Position numbers and translations under genes: made by a program. From positions 62,001 to 126,000 of the forward strand of contig CDMY01001036.1 of assembly GCA_001179505.1 (NCBI GenBank): a stretch of 64,000 nucleotides of DNA. Reading direction: 5' to 3'. Below the pieces are notes generated by a model. That model saw nothing but the letters and a program-made list of their open reading frames with translations, ran no database searches and had not been told where the DNA came from. Below, in pieces: positions 37,569 to 49,451 of the stretch. This DNA comes from Vitrella brassicaformis CCMP3155 (Eukaryota > Protista > Chromerida). Within the stretch, counting starts at the first letter, position 1. The number at the start of each line of letters is the position of its first letter.

Positions 37569-39915
37569 ATGTCTTCGAGCAGCCGGCGTCGGCTGCTTTC
37601 GTATTGCCCTGCCCGTCTGAGGTACTATGGCGGCATCATCTGGGCCACGGTCCTCTCTCTGGGCGTCGGTGCACTCACGGGCTTGCTGCACTCGGGGACG
37701 GCCGAGGCCATGGACGTCCTGGCATGCTCCATCGGCTACTTTTGGGACACCAAGAGATGCCAAGAGGAGCTGGGCATCAAGGAGGGCACGTCACTGCGCG
37801 CCTCGATGCCCTCGTGGGTCCCCGAAGAGATCGTCATGCTGGCGGTGACCGCACTGGGAGGTAAGGGACGCAGGCAGCCGACTTGACTTGATTTGCCACA
37901 CCACAGACATATGGACGTGGATGCACTCGCGTCATCTGTGTGTGTCGTGTGTGTGCCTTGACAGCATTGGTGTCTGTGGGTCTGATCCACACACTGGCTC
38001 CCGAGTGCGGCGGGGATGCCGTCATTGACACCAAGAAGGCCATGGCGAGGGGAGGACCCTACCATCTCAAGGTGGGCATGTATGGCCACACACACACCAA
38101 AGATCGATGGCGCATCTGTCCCATTTGTTCGCTCACGTGTTTGCTGCTGCTGCTGCTTGTGATGCCTGCACGGCAGGCGGCTTTGATGCGGGTCATCACA
38201 ACAGGCTTCTACGTGGGCACAGGTGCACTTCAGTCATGGGTGGCTGAGTGTGTGTCCATCCATCATATCATTGGTCTGTATGGTGTGCTGTGTGGTGTGA
38301 GCAGGCAATCCGCTGGGCATCATCACGCCTCAGATGTACAGTAGTGCCCTCGTCGCTGCCGTGCTCGCTAAATGCTTCAAACACGCCTACCCGCCGTCAT
38401 CGTGGGTACACTCCAACACACAGACAACAAGCACACGGATGGGGCACTTCTCTCAATCTGTCTGTCTGTCTGTTCAGATGATTGTGGGTGCTGCAAGCGG
38501 CATTGCCGCCGCCTTCAACGCTCCCGTGGCTGGTCTGGTGTATGTGCTGGAGGTGCTCATGGACAACTGGCTCAAGGCAAGAGTGGCTGACGTCCTCGCG
38601 GCATCACTCGCCGCGGTCGCCCTGGAGAAGCTCCTGCTGCGCAGAGAGGGGTCAACAGCCACGGGTGGTTCCAACCACCCCTTCTACCCGGAGCTGACAA
38701 ACTTCGAGAACTTCGAATCAGACTACCGCTTGTGGATGCTGCTGTGCATCCCTATCGGCGCCCTGTGCGGCCTCGCGGGCCACGCATTCGTCCGAGTGGT
38801 TCTGTACCTTGACTGGGTGCTCGACGGCAAGGCGCAGGGCGGAGAGACTGTCGAGAGAATTCGCAAGTGGACCCGGAAAGTGCCGCGCTTTCTGCATCCG
38901 GTCCTGGCGACCGTGGTCATCACTCTGATGGGCAGCATCGCATACAGGACCATGGAGACCCGACGCGTCTGGGGGTCGGGCAGGCGCGTTCTCGGGGACG
39001 CCTTCACCAAGGGCCGAGAGAAACCCACGTGGTGGTTTGTGGTGCTGTTTGTGGTCAAGTTTGTGGCCATTGTTGCGGCTAAGGCGTCGGGGGGCCCTGG
39101 CGATCTGGTGGATCCGTCCATCGTGCTGGGCGGGCTGCTGGGTGGCATGGTGGGTGGCCTGGGAGTCTGGTCAGCGCGCGACGGGGCCGGGAAGGCCTTC
39201 TATGGGTGCTTTCTGTTCGGGATGGGTGGCTTCATGACGGCCCTGCTGCGGACGCCCGTCACGGCCATCATCGTCATGTACGACCTCACAGGTGAGCCCC
39301 GGAATGCTCACAAGGGTCTGCTGGCAAGGTGTGGTGTCTGTCGCCTTGTGTCTGGCAGGTGCCTACAGTCTGATCCTGCCGATCATCTTGTGCAACTACA
39401 TCTCCTACTGGGTGGCCCAGCGGCTCTCAGAGGAGTCCTTCCACACCCTCCTGCTGCTGCACGAAGGCATCTCACCCGACGCAATCGACCTCGCCATCCA
39501 GGACAGAGTGCCCTACGCCACCATGGTCGGCGCCCCAGAGCAAAACTCATCTCAATATGCCGCCTCTGCCGGCTCGCCAGCTGGTGGGTCAGCCTCATCG
39601 ACTGCAGCAGCAGAGGCCCACGTGCAGCCGGCCGTGGCCAGCCCCACAAAACGGGCGCCTGGTGGTGCGGGGCAGGGCACGTCGAGCTCCGCCAGAGAGG
39701 CGGGGGATGTGATCATGAAGGAGCTGGTGCGCGTGTACGGCAGGAGGGAGACCAATGGCACCACCGACACCAATGGCACCGCTGGCACCACGAGTGCTGG
39801 TGGTGCTGGTGGTGCTGGTGGGGGGAGGGACGGTGGTGGTCAGCAGGGTGCTGCTGAGAGGGAGCGGGAGAGGGAAGATGATTTGAGTAAGAGGTCATGG
39901 ACCGATAGCCAGTGA
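37569..39915 (+). CDS. CLC (voltage-gated chloride channel) superfamily protein with non-canonical filter and gate motifs, no CBS domains
   Basis: Six exons. CLC scaffold motifs: LAPECGG, GAASGIAAAFNAPVAGLVYVLE, GALCGLAGHAF, FVVKFVA..A..ASGGPG, GMGGFMTALLRTPVTAIIVMYDLTG|AYSLILPIIL. Confidence 0.9.
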
Positions 39916-40540
39916 GGGATGGGCCCACCTCTTCGTGTGTGTGTGGCAAGTCAAAAGGTGTTTCGTCTGTGTGTGCATCAATCAAATGAGCTCGTGCCCT
40001 TTATCCAGTGAGCAGGGAGGAGCCAGGACGGTGCTTGTCTGTCGAGCAAGAGACTCTTACAAGCCGGATGTGTCTGTTTTTCGCGTTGGACCATGACTGG
40101 TGGCCGTCCCTTTTTTGGTTGCTAGGAACTGACTGAGGCGAGAGGGAGGGATTAAGACGTCACGATGTGCTGCACGGCACGGATGGATGTACAGTATGAT
40201 AGCACCGCAATGACCTTTCGATGCTTTCTTCAATGTTCGGTTCGGCTGTCAAGTCTATGTACAAGCCCACCAGGCAGGCAGGCAGGCGGGCAGATACTAA
40301 CCATGCTCTAGTAGTCTGTCTATCCCGCACCAGCCACGCATGAGAATATGCCTCCATCATGGCAGCCCCTCTTCATGGGCCCTCCCTCTGCTCTGTCTGC
40401 AGCCAGCTTATGCTACACATCAACCAACTAATCATTCGCCGATGGACATGGGGCGGGCGACCTGACAGACAAATATGCAGTGCGTGAGAGCCCATTCACT
40501 CAAGACAGACAGATGTCCAAACCGTACCTGTGGTCCTCTG

Positions 40541-42859
40541 TCAGGTGTCTAGTGGTTTGAGAGTGACAGCCTCCTCACCAAGGCCCCCCCAGCTAATATC
40601 GTACCGCCCCTCCAGCCGCTCAATGGTGGTGCCGTGTGTCCGCCCCTCCACCAGCCGCTTGAAGCTATCTCCTCCGGCTTGCCCCGGCGCGAACCGGAAG
40701 GTGAGCTGCTTGATGCCTCGGATCTTGAGCAGCGACTTGACACACGCAATGCCGAACTCACCAGCGGCATCGCCATCGCCCAACTCCTCAGGCACTGCAC
40801 ACACACGCAAGCAGCAGTCACCACAACAGTCAGGAGGTAGAAAGGGCCGATGAAGGCGATTGGTTGCTGCTCACCTTCTACACTGATATCCACTTCTGCG
40901 ATGGTCGGCAGCTGGTCCGCTATGTCCCCCCACGTCAGCCCCCCCTCGCCCACACCCTTCACGAAGCCGGCCTCAAATTTCTCCAGGTCCCTCTCGCCGC
41001 CCACCGCCTGCAGCACCCTCACCGCATCCTCCTCTGTCGGGTGCGTCCGGGAGAGGTCGATGCGTTTGACCGCCGGCATCTTGGTCACCAGCCTTCGGGC
41101 AATCGCGTGCCCATTGCGACTTTTGATATGAAGGCGCGATGCGGCGGGGAATGCGTTGTGGGGCAAGCGCTCGAGCACCACCGGATCGGGCTGCACTTCG
41201 ATCTCCTCGGCGTCCTCCACATCGTTGTTGTGACTGACCACCACATCCTTCGCCTTGGGGAAGGTCAGGCACCCTGCGAGGGCGTTGTCAGCGGGGCTGG
41301 GTGTGTCGAGGTACCCGGGGTTGGTGAGGTCCTCGGGATAGATGAGGAAGTGGGCACTCTCTGATGTGGCGGCTATCTGCGGAATGTGTTTCTGGACGAA
41401 GAGGGACTGGCGCGTGGGCACGTTACACAGGAGGCCGAGGTCGAAGGAGCCGCTGATATTGATGTCGACGGGGATGTCGGGGCTCACACACACGGTGTCT
41501 ATGAAGGCCTCGATAGCCGACAAGGTGGGGAAGATGTCGCTGTCGATGCCATCGGGATGACCCCCCAGGTCGATGATGGCGTTGAACTGCTTGATGGATC
41601 GACATCCCCTCTTAAAAAGGACGGTCTGCAGAAACAACAAACGTAAGAAGCGGTGAATGCTTTGTGCGTGGCGTGTACCTGAAGGGCCTCGAGGCCCTCC
41701 CGCCACTCATCGAAGGTAACATATATAGGCCAATCCATTCCCTCAAAGCTGAGCGTGCCGATGTCCTCCAGCTGTAACAGCGGCCCCGGCTGGCCAGCAG
41801 CTGCCACCGGGATGCGCCTCAGCGAGTCCGCCATGCTGTCGGGATAGGATTTCACCTGCAGCTCCTTGAGGCTTCGCGACGCCCACACCAGGTCCCCCAG
41901 CTCCCCCCCTGCCACCGTCCACTCTGTCTGGACTTTCTCGAGTGACGGCAGCCGCCAGTTACGCCCGCGGCCGGGGATGACTGGCTGTATGGGTCCCGGG
42001 TCCCCCGTGTCCTCCCAGGGGATGCCGGTGATGGATGTCAGGGATGCGAGGGTGGGGGGCGGGTCGAGGGGAGGGGGACGGGATTCCCTCTTCAGGCTGA
42101 TGCGCTGGAGCTCTCGCATCTCGTCGTCATCGATGGCCATGACCGAGTCAAACTCGCTGTACTCGATGGACTCGAGTGTGCTCCCCGCCGGCTGCCCCGC
42201 TGCCGCCGCCGCGGCCCTCTGCCCCTCACAATGCCCCTCTACCACCATCGGCACCAAGGAACCCAGTTTATTCATCAAGCATTCAGGAGGAATAAGAGGG
42301 ATGTCGCTAAAGATGCGGGAGGCCACTGGGATACCGGACGTGCCGGACGGCAGTTGGGATGGCGCGGTGACTGGGGTATCTCGCCATAATGGATCTGAGC
42401 CGTGTGAGCTTCCGCCCCCACTCGAAGGCGTCAGCGAATGACAGGCCGCACCAAAAGCGCCGCTCGGCCGTGTCGTAGGTGTCCATGACCAGCTGGGTGA
42501 TCTGGCAGCCGACGTGGCGCCACAGCCGCTGGGGCAGCGCCGCCACCAAATGAAGCGACACGAACGAGAAGACGTAGGCGACAACAACAGGCTGAGTGGA
42601 CAACACACACCACACAGACAGAGAGGCGACAATGAAGATGTGACACTGTGTGCTTGTCAGTGGTTCGTTTGGTGGATCCACTTACAATCTGGCCGAAGTG
42701 ATGAGCAAAGGCCTCCAAATCTATGCTGTACGATGGCGTGGCCTGCTGGTGCTGCTGGTGTTGCTGGTGTTGGCCATCTGCGTCCACCATGGCTTCCTCG
42801 TTGCCATGCTCCTCTCCCTCGGCCGCCCGCCTCTGCCGCTTTGATGCCGACTCACTCAT
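40541..42859 (-). pseudogene. Lineage-specific multicopy family, copy 2, with a +1 frameshift (or sequencing error)
   Basis: Homologous four-exon structure. An extra C in ggcctcccgcatc (~42317-42319) gives GLPHL* instead of GLRIFSD...; the downstream frame is otherwise open. Confidence 0.7.
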
Positions 42860-43410
42860 CGCTAAACACCAACTCGGTCAATCTTCTACTGGTCTTCTAC
42901 CAAATGGGCGGGCCGGGCCGGCATCGTCAGCATCCATGGCTGCACCAATTGGGCTGCACTCCACAAACATGAAGTACAGCAAATGCATTCAATGTATACG
43001 GCTCTATCTCGTTTGTAATGAAGCGGGTGTGATGGGTCCCATACCTCCAACGCGCTCCTGAATCGTTTTTCTCCCCTCTTGAATCCCTCGGGAAGGCTCT
43101 GAGCTCGCAGTGGCGTCCGGAACAGATCCGCCTTCTCTATGGCCCGTGAGCTTTGCAAGTAGGTGCGCAGATAGATCTCTCATCGCACCGCCTGTGAGCT
43201 GGAGCGAATCGAGCGATCTCTCACTTCTCCTCTCCTGTCGGATCCGCCCCTGTCGCCCAACGCCACAGCAGTCCTTCGCACACTGCCCTCAGCCACCCCC
43301 AATCGCAGCCTGCATCGCATCTTCCCCCTCTTCCCATCGCAACAGCCTCATTCCAGCGGCTCTTCCCAGCTTGTCGTTCATTCATTCAGCCACCTGAGTC
43401 AATCAACAGG

Positions 43411-43653
43411 ATGATGCGAGCAGCCGTCTCTATTTTGCTGCTGAGTCTGATCCTCTCACCCGCCTCTGCACAGAAGACGACCAATGGTATGCCGAACACA
43501 CGGAGCGCTGCTGTTGGGAGCACCCCGTGTCTGCATGGCATGGTGGTGTCTGTCGTCTGTGTTGTCCATCGTTCAGGTGTGTCATCGTCGCCCGAGACCG
43601 ACGAGAAGGTGTATGACACGATCATAGTGGGCGCGGGTGCTGCCGGCTGTAAG

Positions 43654-43709
<56 letters not shown>

Positions 43710-46061
43710 ATGTTCTCACCATAATCTCGTTTTCGTCTGTTGCCCCTCTGTTTTCGTCTGCAGGCCCCCTGGCGCGCACTCTGGCCGATTATGGTGAAGA
43801 GGTGCTGCTGCTCGAGCGTGGCGACGACCGTCAGAAGTTCCCAGAGGCCTTGACCAAGAGGGGCGGGCAGACGGCGATGCTCAACCCCGTCATATCTGAG
43901 CAGTTCGAGACCGCCCAGGGCGTCGTGGGTCACATCGGGCGGGTGACGGGAGGCGGCACAGCCATCAACGCCGGCGTGTACATCGAGGAGGGCACCGGCT
44001 ACTTCGACGACCTAGAGAGGCTATACGGCGTCACTCTCAACCGGACCCTCATCGACGAGAGCTTCGACTGGCTGCGCGACTCGGGCATCGTGAAGCCATC
44101 CTCGCAGGACGGCCAGTGGAACACCGCCCTCCGCGCATCCCTCGAGGCCGAAGGCTATGAGTGGGCGGGCGACGAGGGCACACCACAAGTGGCCTATGAC
44201 AACGCCATGGTGTGGCGCACCTACTCCATCTTCGACGCCGACACCGACAAACGTCACGCCGCTGACGAGCTGCTCGAGGGGTCGACGGTCACCCTTCAAG
44301 TGCTCTCAGAGGTGCAGCATCTCGAATTCGACGAGGAGTCGGCCGACGGCGCCAAGCTGACAGCCACGTGTGTGGTGTACGACAAGCTGACTGATACGGA
44401 GGGCAGGGAGCGGTCGAGGCGTCGCGTGTGCGTGAGGGATGGGGGCCGCATCATCCTGTCTGCGGGTGCCATCCACACGCCGGCGATCCTCATGCGCTCG
44501 GGGCTGGGCCCGCGGGAGATGCTCGAGGCGGCCGGCATCGATGTGGTCAAGGACATGCCCAACGTCGGCAAAGACCTGCACGACCACCCTCAGGTACGCC
44601 ACCTACCAAGACACGCTCTCATCGCATGTGTGGATTGTCCATGTGTGTGTGTATGTGTGTGTGTGGCTGGTGCAGACGCCCATCGGTGTGGGTCTGAACG
44701 CCCCTGGTCCCGTGACAATTCAGTCTATCATGGCCACTCGCTACGCCGGACCAGGCTGCGACGCCGAGAACCCCTCGCCAAACGAACAGTGCCACTTCAT
44801 ACTCATCGTAAGCACACACACACAGAGACAGAGACAGAGACAGAGAGAAGAGAGAGATTTCCTCAATCTCTCATTTCGTCTTCTGCCTCTGTGTGTTGCA
44901 GGATGAGTTGTCTCAGGGTTACGGCATCACGACGGGCATGGCCCTGACCGCCGCTAAGGGTGCGGCTCAGGGCAAGGTCAGTCGCAGAGCCTTCAGCTTG
45001 CTCGAGGGCTTCTGGGAGTGCGCACACAACTTCGACATCGCACTCAAGGACGAGGAAGTCGACACAGACACCGACGCAGCTGAGGTGGAGGCGCCGGCCG
45101 TGTGCAGTGACCAGCAGGCCGACCTGGCCAACTGCGCGCGTCAGGGGGGCTCGTTGCTGTCGTGGGTGACGGACCCGCTGTCCCGCGGGAGTGTGTCGCT
45201 GACTGCGGATGGGTCGGTGGTGGTGGACCCCAAGTACTTCGACCACCCGATGGACAGACAGGCCGCCGCACTCTCCATCAAAGGTACATAGACATCCACT
45301 CACGTGATGGCTGGAGCACTAGGCACACATGGTGTGTACGTGGTTCGGTTGCTGCAGAGATCGTCAAGCTCTTGTCGTCTGATGACATGCGCTCCATCAC
45401 TGCCAACGGGGAGGAGTCATGCTTCGCCTCAGACCTCCTCACCTCGGGACTCGTCTCATCCGCCATGGTACGCACACCTCACCAGACAGCCCACTCTGCA
45501 GCCATGTGACTCATGGATGGCGTGCTCTCTTCACCTCTCCAGGGGTTGATCTTCCCCCCGTCCAAGTACGCGCCGGCCGATGCGGATCTGCAGCTGTTCC
45601 CCCGCGGCATCAACGCATCCATGCTGGACACCGACGACTCGCCCGAGACCCTCGAGGCCATCTTCCAGTCGGTGGCCGACCCGCTGTACATCTCGATATG
45701 GCACTACTGCGGGACGGTCTCGATGGGCACCCTCATCGAAAGCGACGACTTCCTCCTCACCGGCACGTCCAACGTGCACGTGGTGGACGCATCGGTCATC
45801 CCCGCCGTGACGCGCGTCAACCCCATGGCCACCGTCATGATGCTGGGCAGATATGCGAGCGTGCAGCTGGGCGAAAAGCGGGAGACGCTCAGGCACAAGG
45901 AGAGGGCCTACACATTCGCCGTGTCAAGGGCGGAGGCGCCGCTCGTGGATGGTGTCGGCGATGTCGTTGAGGAGGAGTTCGTGTCGGGGAGTGTTGGGCT
46001 GGGGGGCAGTGTGTGGGGCGGGCTGGTGCTGCTGGTTCTCGGCTGGTTCCTCCTGGCCTAA
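43411..46061 (+). CDS. GMC oxidoreductase (HOTHEAD/mandelonitrile-lyase-like) with signal peptide and C-terminal hydrophobic tail
   Basis: YDTIIVGAGAAG (FAD), VLLLERG, GRVTGGGTAINAGVY, IILSAGAIHTPAILMRSGLGP, MPNVGKDLHDHP, SRGSV, SIWHYCG, VVDASVIP, NPMATVMMLGRY; ends VWGGLVLLVLGWFLLA*. Confidence 0.93.
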
Positions 46062-47151
46062 ACCTCTCTCTCTCTCTCTCTCTCTTTCGTCCCTCTCTGT
46101 CTCGTCCCTCTCTGTCTCGTCTCCACTGTTTGTCTGTCTGTGTGTCTGTCTTTCGTCTACTGTCTACTATCTCTGTCTACCTCTGCGTATCCATCCAATC
46201 GGGACACTTTTTCAAGCCGCTAAGTGTCCTCTCTCTTTTAGAGAAGCAAGAACCGGGAGAGATGTGGCTTGGTTTATGCTATGCGTGTTGGCTGGTAAGT
46301 GTAGCCTTTCATGTTTGGGTGTGCACGGGCTTACGTCATGTCGGTCAAGTCACGTGGCATTTGTTATTTGACGAAAGCTGGTTGCCGGGCCGGGTGTATG
46401 ACAAACATGGCAGAAAGGTTTTGCCAGCCGTCACAACAAACGCCGGCCTGCACCTGTCGGCCTGTTGTCGACAGCTGCAGGCGGGCCGAGTGCCGGTCTG
46501 CCTTTCTGCGAGGGAGTGGAGAAGATCAGCGGCGAGACGCCGCCTGACCATGAAGTGCCGTGGTATAATGGTGTGGTGTCGGTGTGTGGTGTGGTGTCGG
46601 TACATTTAGTCAAGCCAGTCGCCGTGTGGCTGCAAGCGGCTGTCTCTTGGTGGGTTTTCATCGCCAAGGTTGGTGGGCAGGGGGGTATGCGCGTTGGTCT
46701 GTCTGCGCGTCTGTCTGAGAGTGTATGTGTGTATGTGTGTGGTGTCGGTATTTCATTACTGGTTCGTCGTCCGTAGAGGATGATCAAATGGCGGTCACAC
46801 TGGGACACGCTTGTGTGTTGGTTGCGTCTGTGGACCTGTCGTCACTCGTCTGTCTGTCTGTCTGTCTGTCTGAATTCACGTGTGCGTGCCGGTCCCCCAT
46901 CGTCCATCCATCCCATTCACACACACATGCCGTGAGAGCATGCCCGGACCTGTCAAGAGTCACACCACCTTTATTTATGTGCACGTCCACATGTTCACAA
47001 TCACATCCGTCCGTTTGACGGTTTGCTCTACGTCGACTTCCTCCCGGCGCTTGGCGATTGGGCGCGGCGGGGATTCACCAGTCACACTAAGAGAATCGTT
47101 TGTGATTCAGAATCTGTCGTCGGTCTATCCCAGCACTGTGTGTGGAGGGCG

Positions 47152-49451
47152 ATGAGTGAGTCTGCATCAAAGCGGCAGAGGCGGCCGGCGGCTGGGGGAG
47201 AGGAGCATGGCAACGAGGACGCCATGGTGGACGCAGATGGCCAGCAGCAGCAGCAGGCCACGGCATCGCACAGCATAGATTTGGAGGCCTTTGCTCATCA
47301 CTTCGGCCAGATTGTAAGTGGATCCACCAAACGAAACACTGACAAGCACACATCTTCATTGTGTCCTCTCTGTGTGTGTCATCTGCTCATTCAGCCTGTT
47401 GTCGTCGCCTACGTCTTTTCGTTTGTGTCGCTTCATTTGGTGGCGGCGCTGCCCCAGCGGCTGTGGCGCCACGTCGGCTGCCAGATCACCCAGCTGGTCA
47501 TGGACACCCACGACGCGGCCGAGCGGCGCTTCTGGTGCGGCCTGTCATTCGCTGAGGCCTTCGAGTGGGGCCGGCGGCTCACACGGCTCAAGTCTATTGT
47601 CGTCCGGTATCCCAATGGTCTCCGCGTCGCATATGCCCCGCTTGCAGAGAGGGTATCCCAGTGGCTGGAAAGGATGCTCGTGGACATTCTAGTGCGACGA
47701 GCTCCTGACTATCGCACTCTGCCGCGGGTGATCGACAAGATCGTCACGGCATTGGTGGAGGGGCACAGCGATGCACCCAGAGCTACGGCGGCAGCAGCAG
47801 GGCAAACTGAGCCAGCGGGGGGGACGTTGGAGTCGATCGAGTACAGCAATGGCGGATCGATCATAGTCGTCGACGAGGCCGAGGGTCGCGAGATCAGAGC
47901 TGCCGAACAGCTGGCGACGGCGCTCCCCCCGCCCCTCGACCCGCCCCTTACCCTCACATCCCTCACATCCGTCACAGGCTTGGCCTTAAACGAGGTGTAT
48001 CCCGGCCGCGGGCGGCACTGGCAGCTGCCGTCACTCGAGACGGTGCAGACGGTGGATTGCGAAGAGGTCCTGGGAAAGCTGGTGGCGACGTCGCGGCGCC
48101 TTAAGGAGCTGCAGGTGGAATTCACTCCTGACGTAATGGCAATGGCTGAGGAGCTGAGGTGTGTCCCTGTGGCCGAGGCCGGCCAGCCGGGGCCGCTGTC
48201 ACAGCTCGAGGACATCGGGACGCTCAGCATGTTGAGTCGAAGCGCTGAGGGGCTGGAGCGCCTTCAGGTATGCGATGAACCACACAAGATACACATGATC
48301 AGAGAGGGTGGGCGAGAGCCTGCTTGTGAGTTGCGTGTGTCTGCGTGTAGGCCGTTCTCGTCGACCGTGGCTGCCGCTCTATAAAGAAGTTCAGTGCTCA
48401 GCTCAGGGACTGGTACACCGACAGTCGCATCTTCGAGACCCTGCAGACCATCGAGGCCTTCACACGCACCGTGTGTGAGAGCCTTGAAATCCTCGACATC
48501 TCGATCAACATCGAAGACTTCGACCTGTCGCTCCTGTGCGACGTGCCCACGCGCCCGGAGCCCTCCCCCTTCGTGCAGAAGCACATCCAACAAGGCGCCG
48601 CAAAAGCCCTCTCGGCGTCTTTCGGCATACGCCCCCACCATCTCACCACCCCTCTCGACACGCCCAGCCGCGCTGCCATCGCCCTCGCACGATCCCTGAC
48701 CTTCCCCGAGGCGACGAGCGTGAGGGTGGTAGACCATCTGGAGTTCGCCGAGGAGGAAGTGCAGCCTGACCCGATTGTGCTCGACAGCATACCCGACAAC
48801 GCATTCCCCGCCGCGTCGTCCCTGGAGGTCTTCCCCCCCGGCCTCGCCATCGCGCGCAGGCTGGTGACCAAGATGCCGGCGGTCAAACGAATTGACCTTT
48901 GGTGGACGCACCCGACAGAGGCGGAGGCGGTGGGGGTGCTGCAGGCGGTGGGCGGGGACAGACACTTAGAGCACTTCGAGGCCAGAAGGGTGAAGGGCGT
49001 GGGCGAGGGCGGGCTGACGTGGGGCGACATAGCCGACCAGCTGCCGACCATCGCAAAAGTGAATATTAGTATAGAAGGTGAGCAGCAACCAATCGCCTTC
49101 ACCAGCTGTTTTCTACCTGTCGATTGTTGCGGTGACTGCTGCTTGCGTGTGTGTGCAGTGCCTGAGGAGTTGGGCGATGGCGATGCCGCTGGTGAGTTCG
49201 GCATTGCGTGTGTCAAGTCGCTGCTCAAGATCCGAGGCATCAAGCAGCTTACTTTCCGGCAGAAGCCGTTCGATGCCTTCGCACGGCTGATAGAGGATCG
49301 GACTCATGGCGACACCATCGAGGGGCTGGAGGGGCGGTATGACATCGGCTGGGGAAGAGATGATGACTTTACCACCACTGTGGTACAGTCGTTGTGGAAC
49401 GCCCTTACTGGCAAGCGGGATATCCTCGTTCTCAAACCTTTGGACACCTAA
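47152..49451 (+). CDS. Lineage-specific multicopy family, copy 3, apparently intact; possible F-box-like N-terminus and LRR-like body (inference)
   Basis: Exons 47152-47313, 47395-48267, 48351-49078 and 49159-49451 splice in frame: MSESASKRQRR...HHFGQI|PVVVAYVFSFVSLHLVAALPQRLWRHVGCQITQLVMD...ERLQ|AVLVDRGCRSIKKF...|VPEELGDGDAAGEFGIACVKSLLKIRGIKQL...KPLDT*. Confidence 0.8.

Noticed and set aside
35100-49451. The three-copy family as a transposable element
   Set aside because: No transposase, RT or integrase motifs, no terminal repeats or target-site duplications, and flanks are unrelated beyond a few bases.
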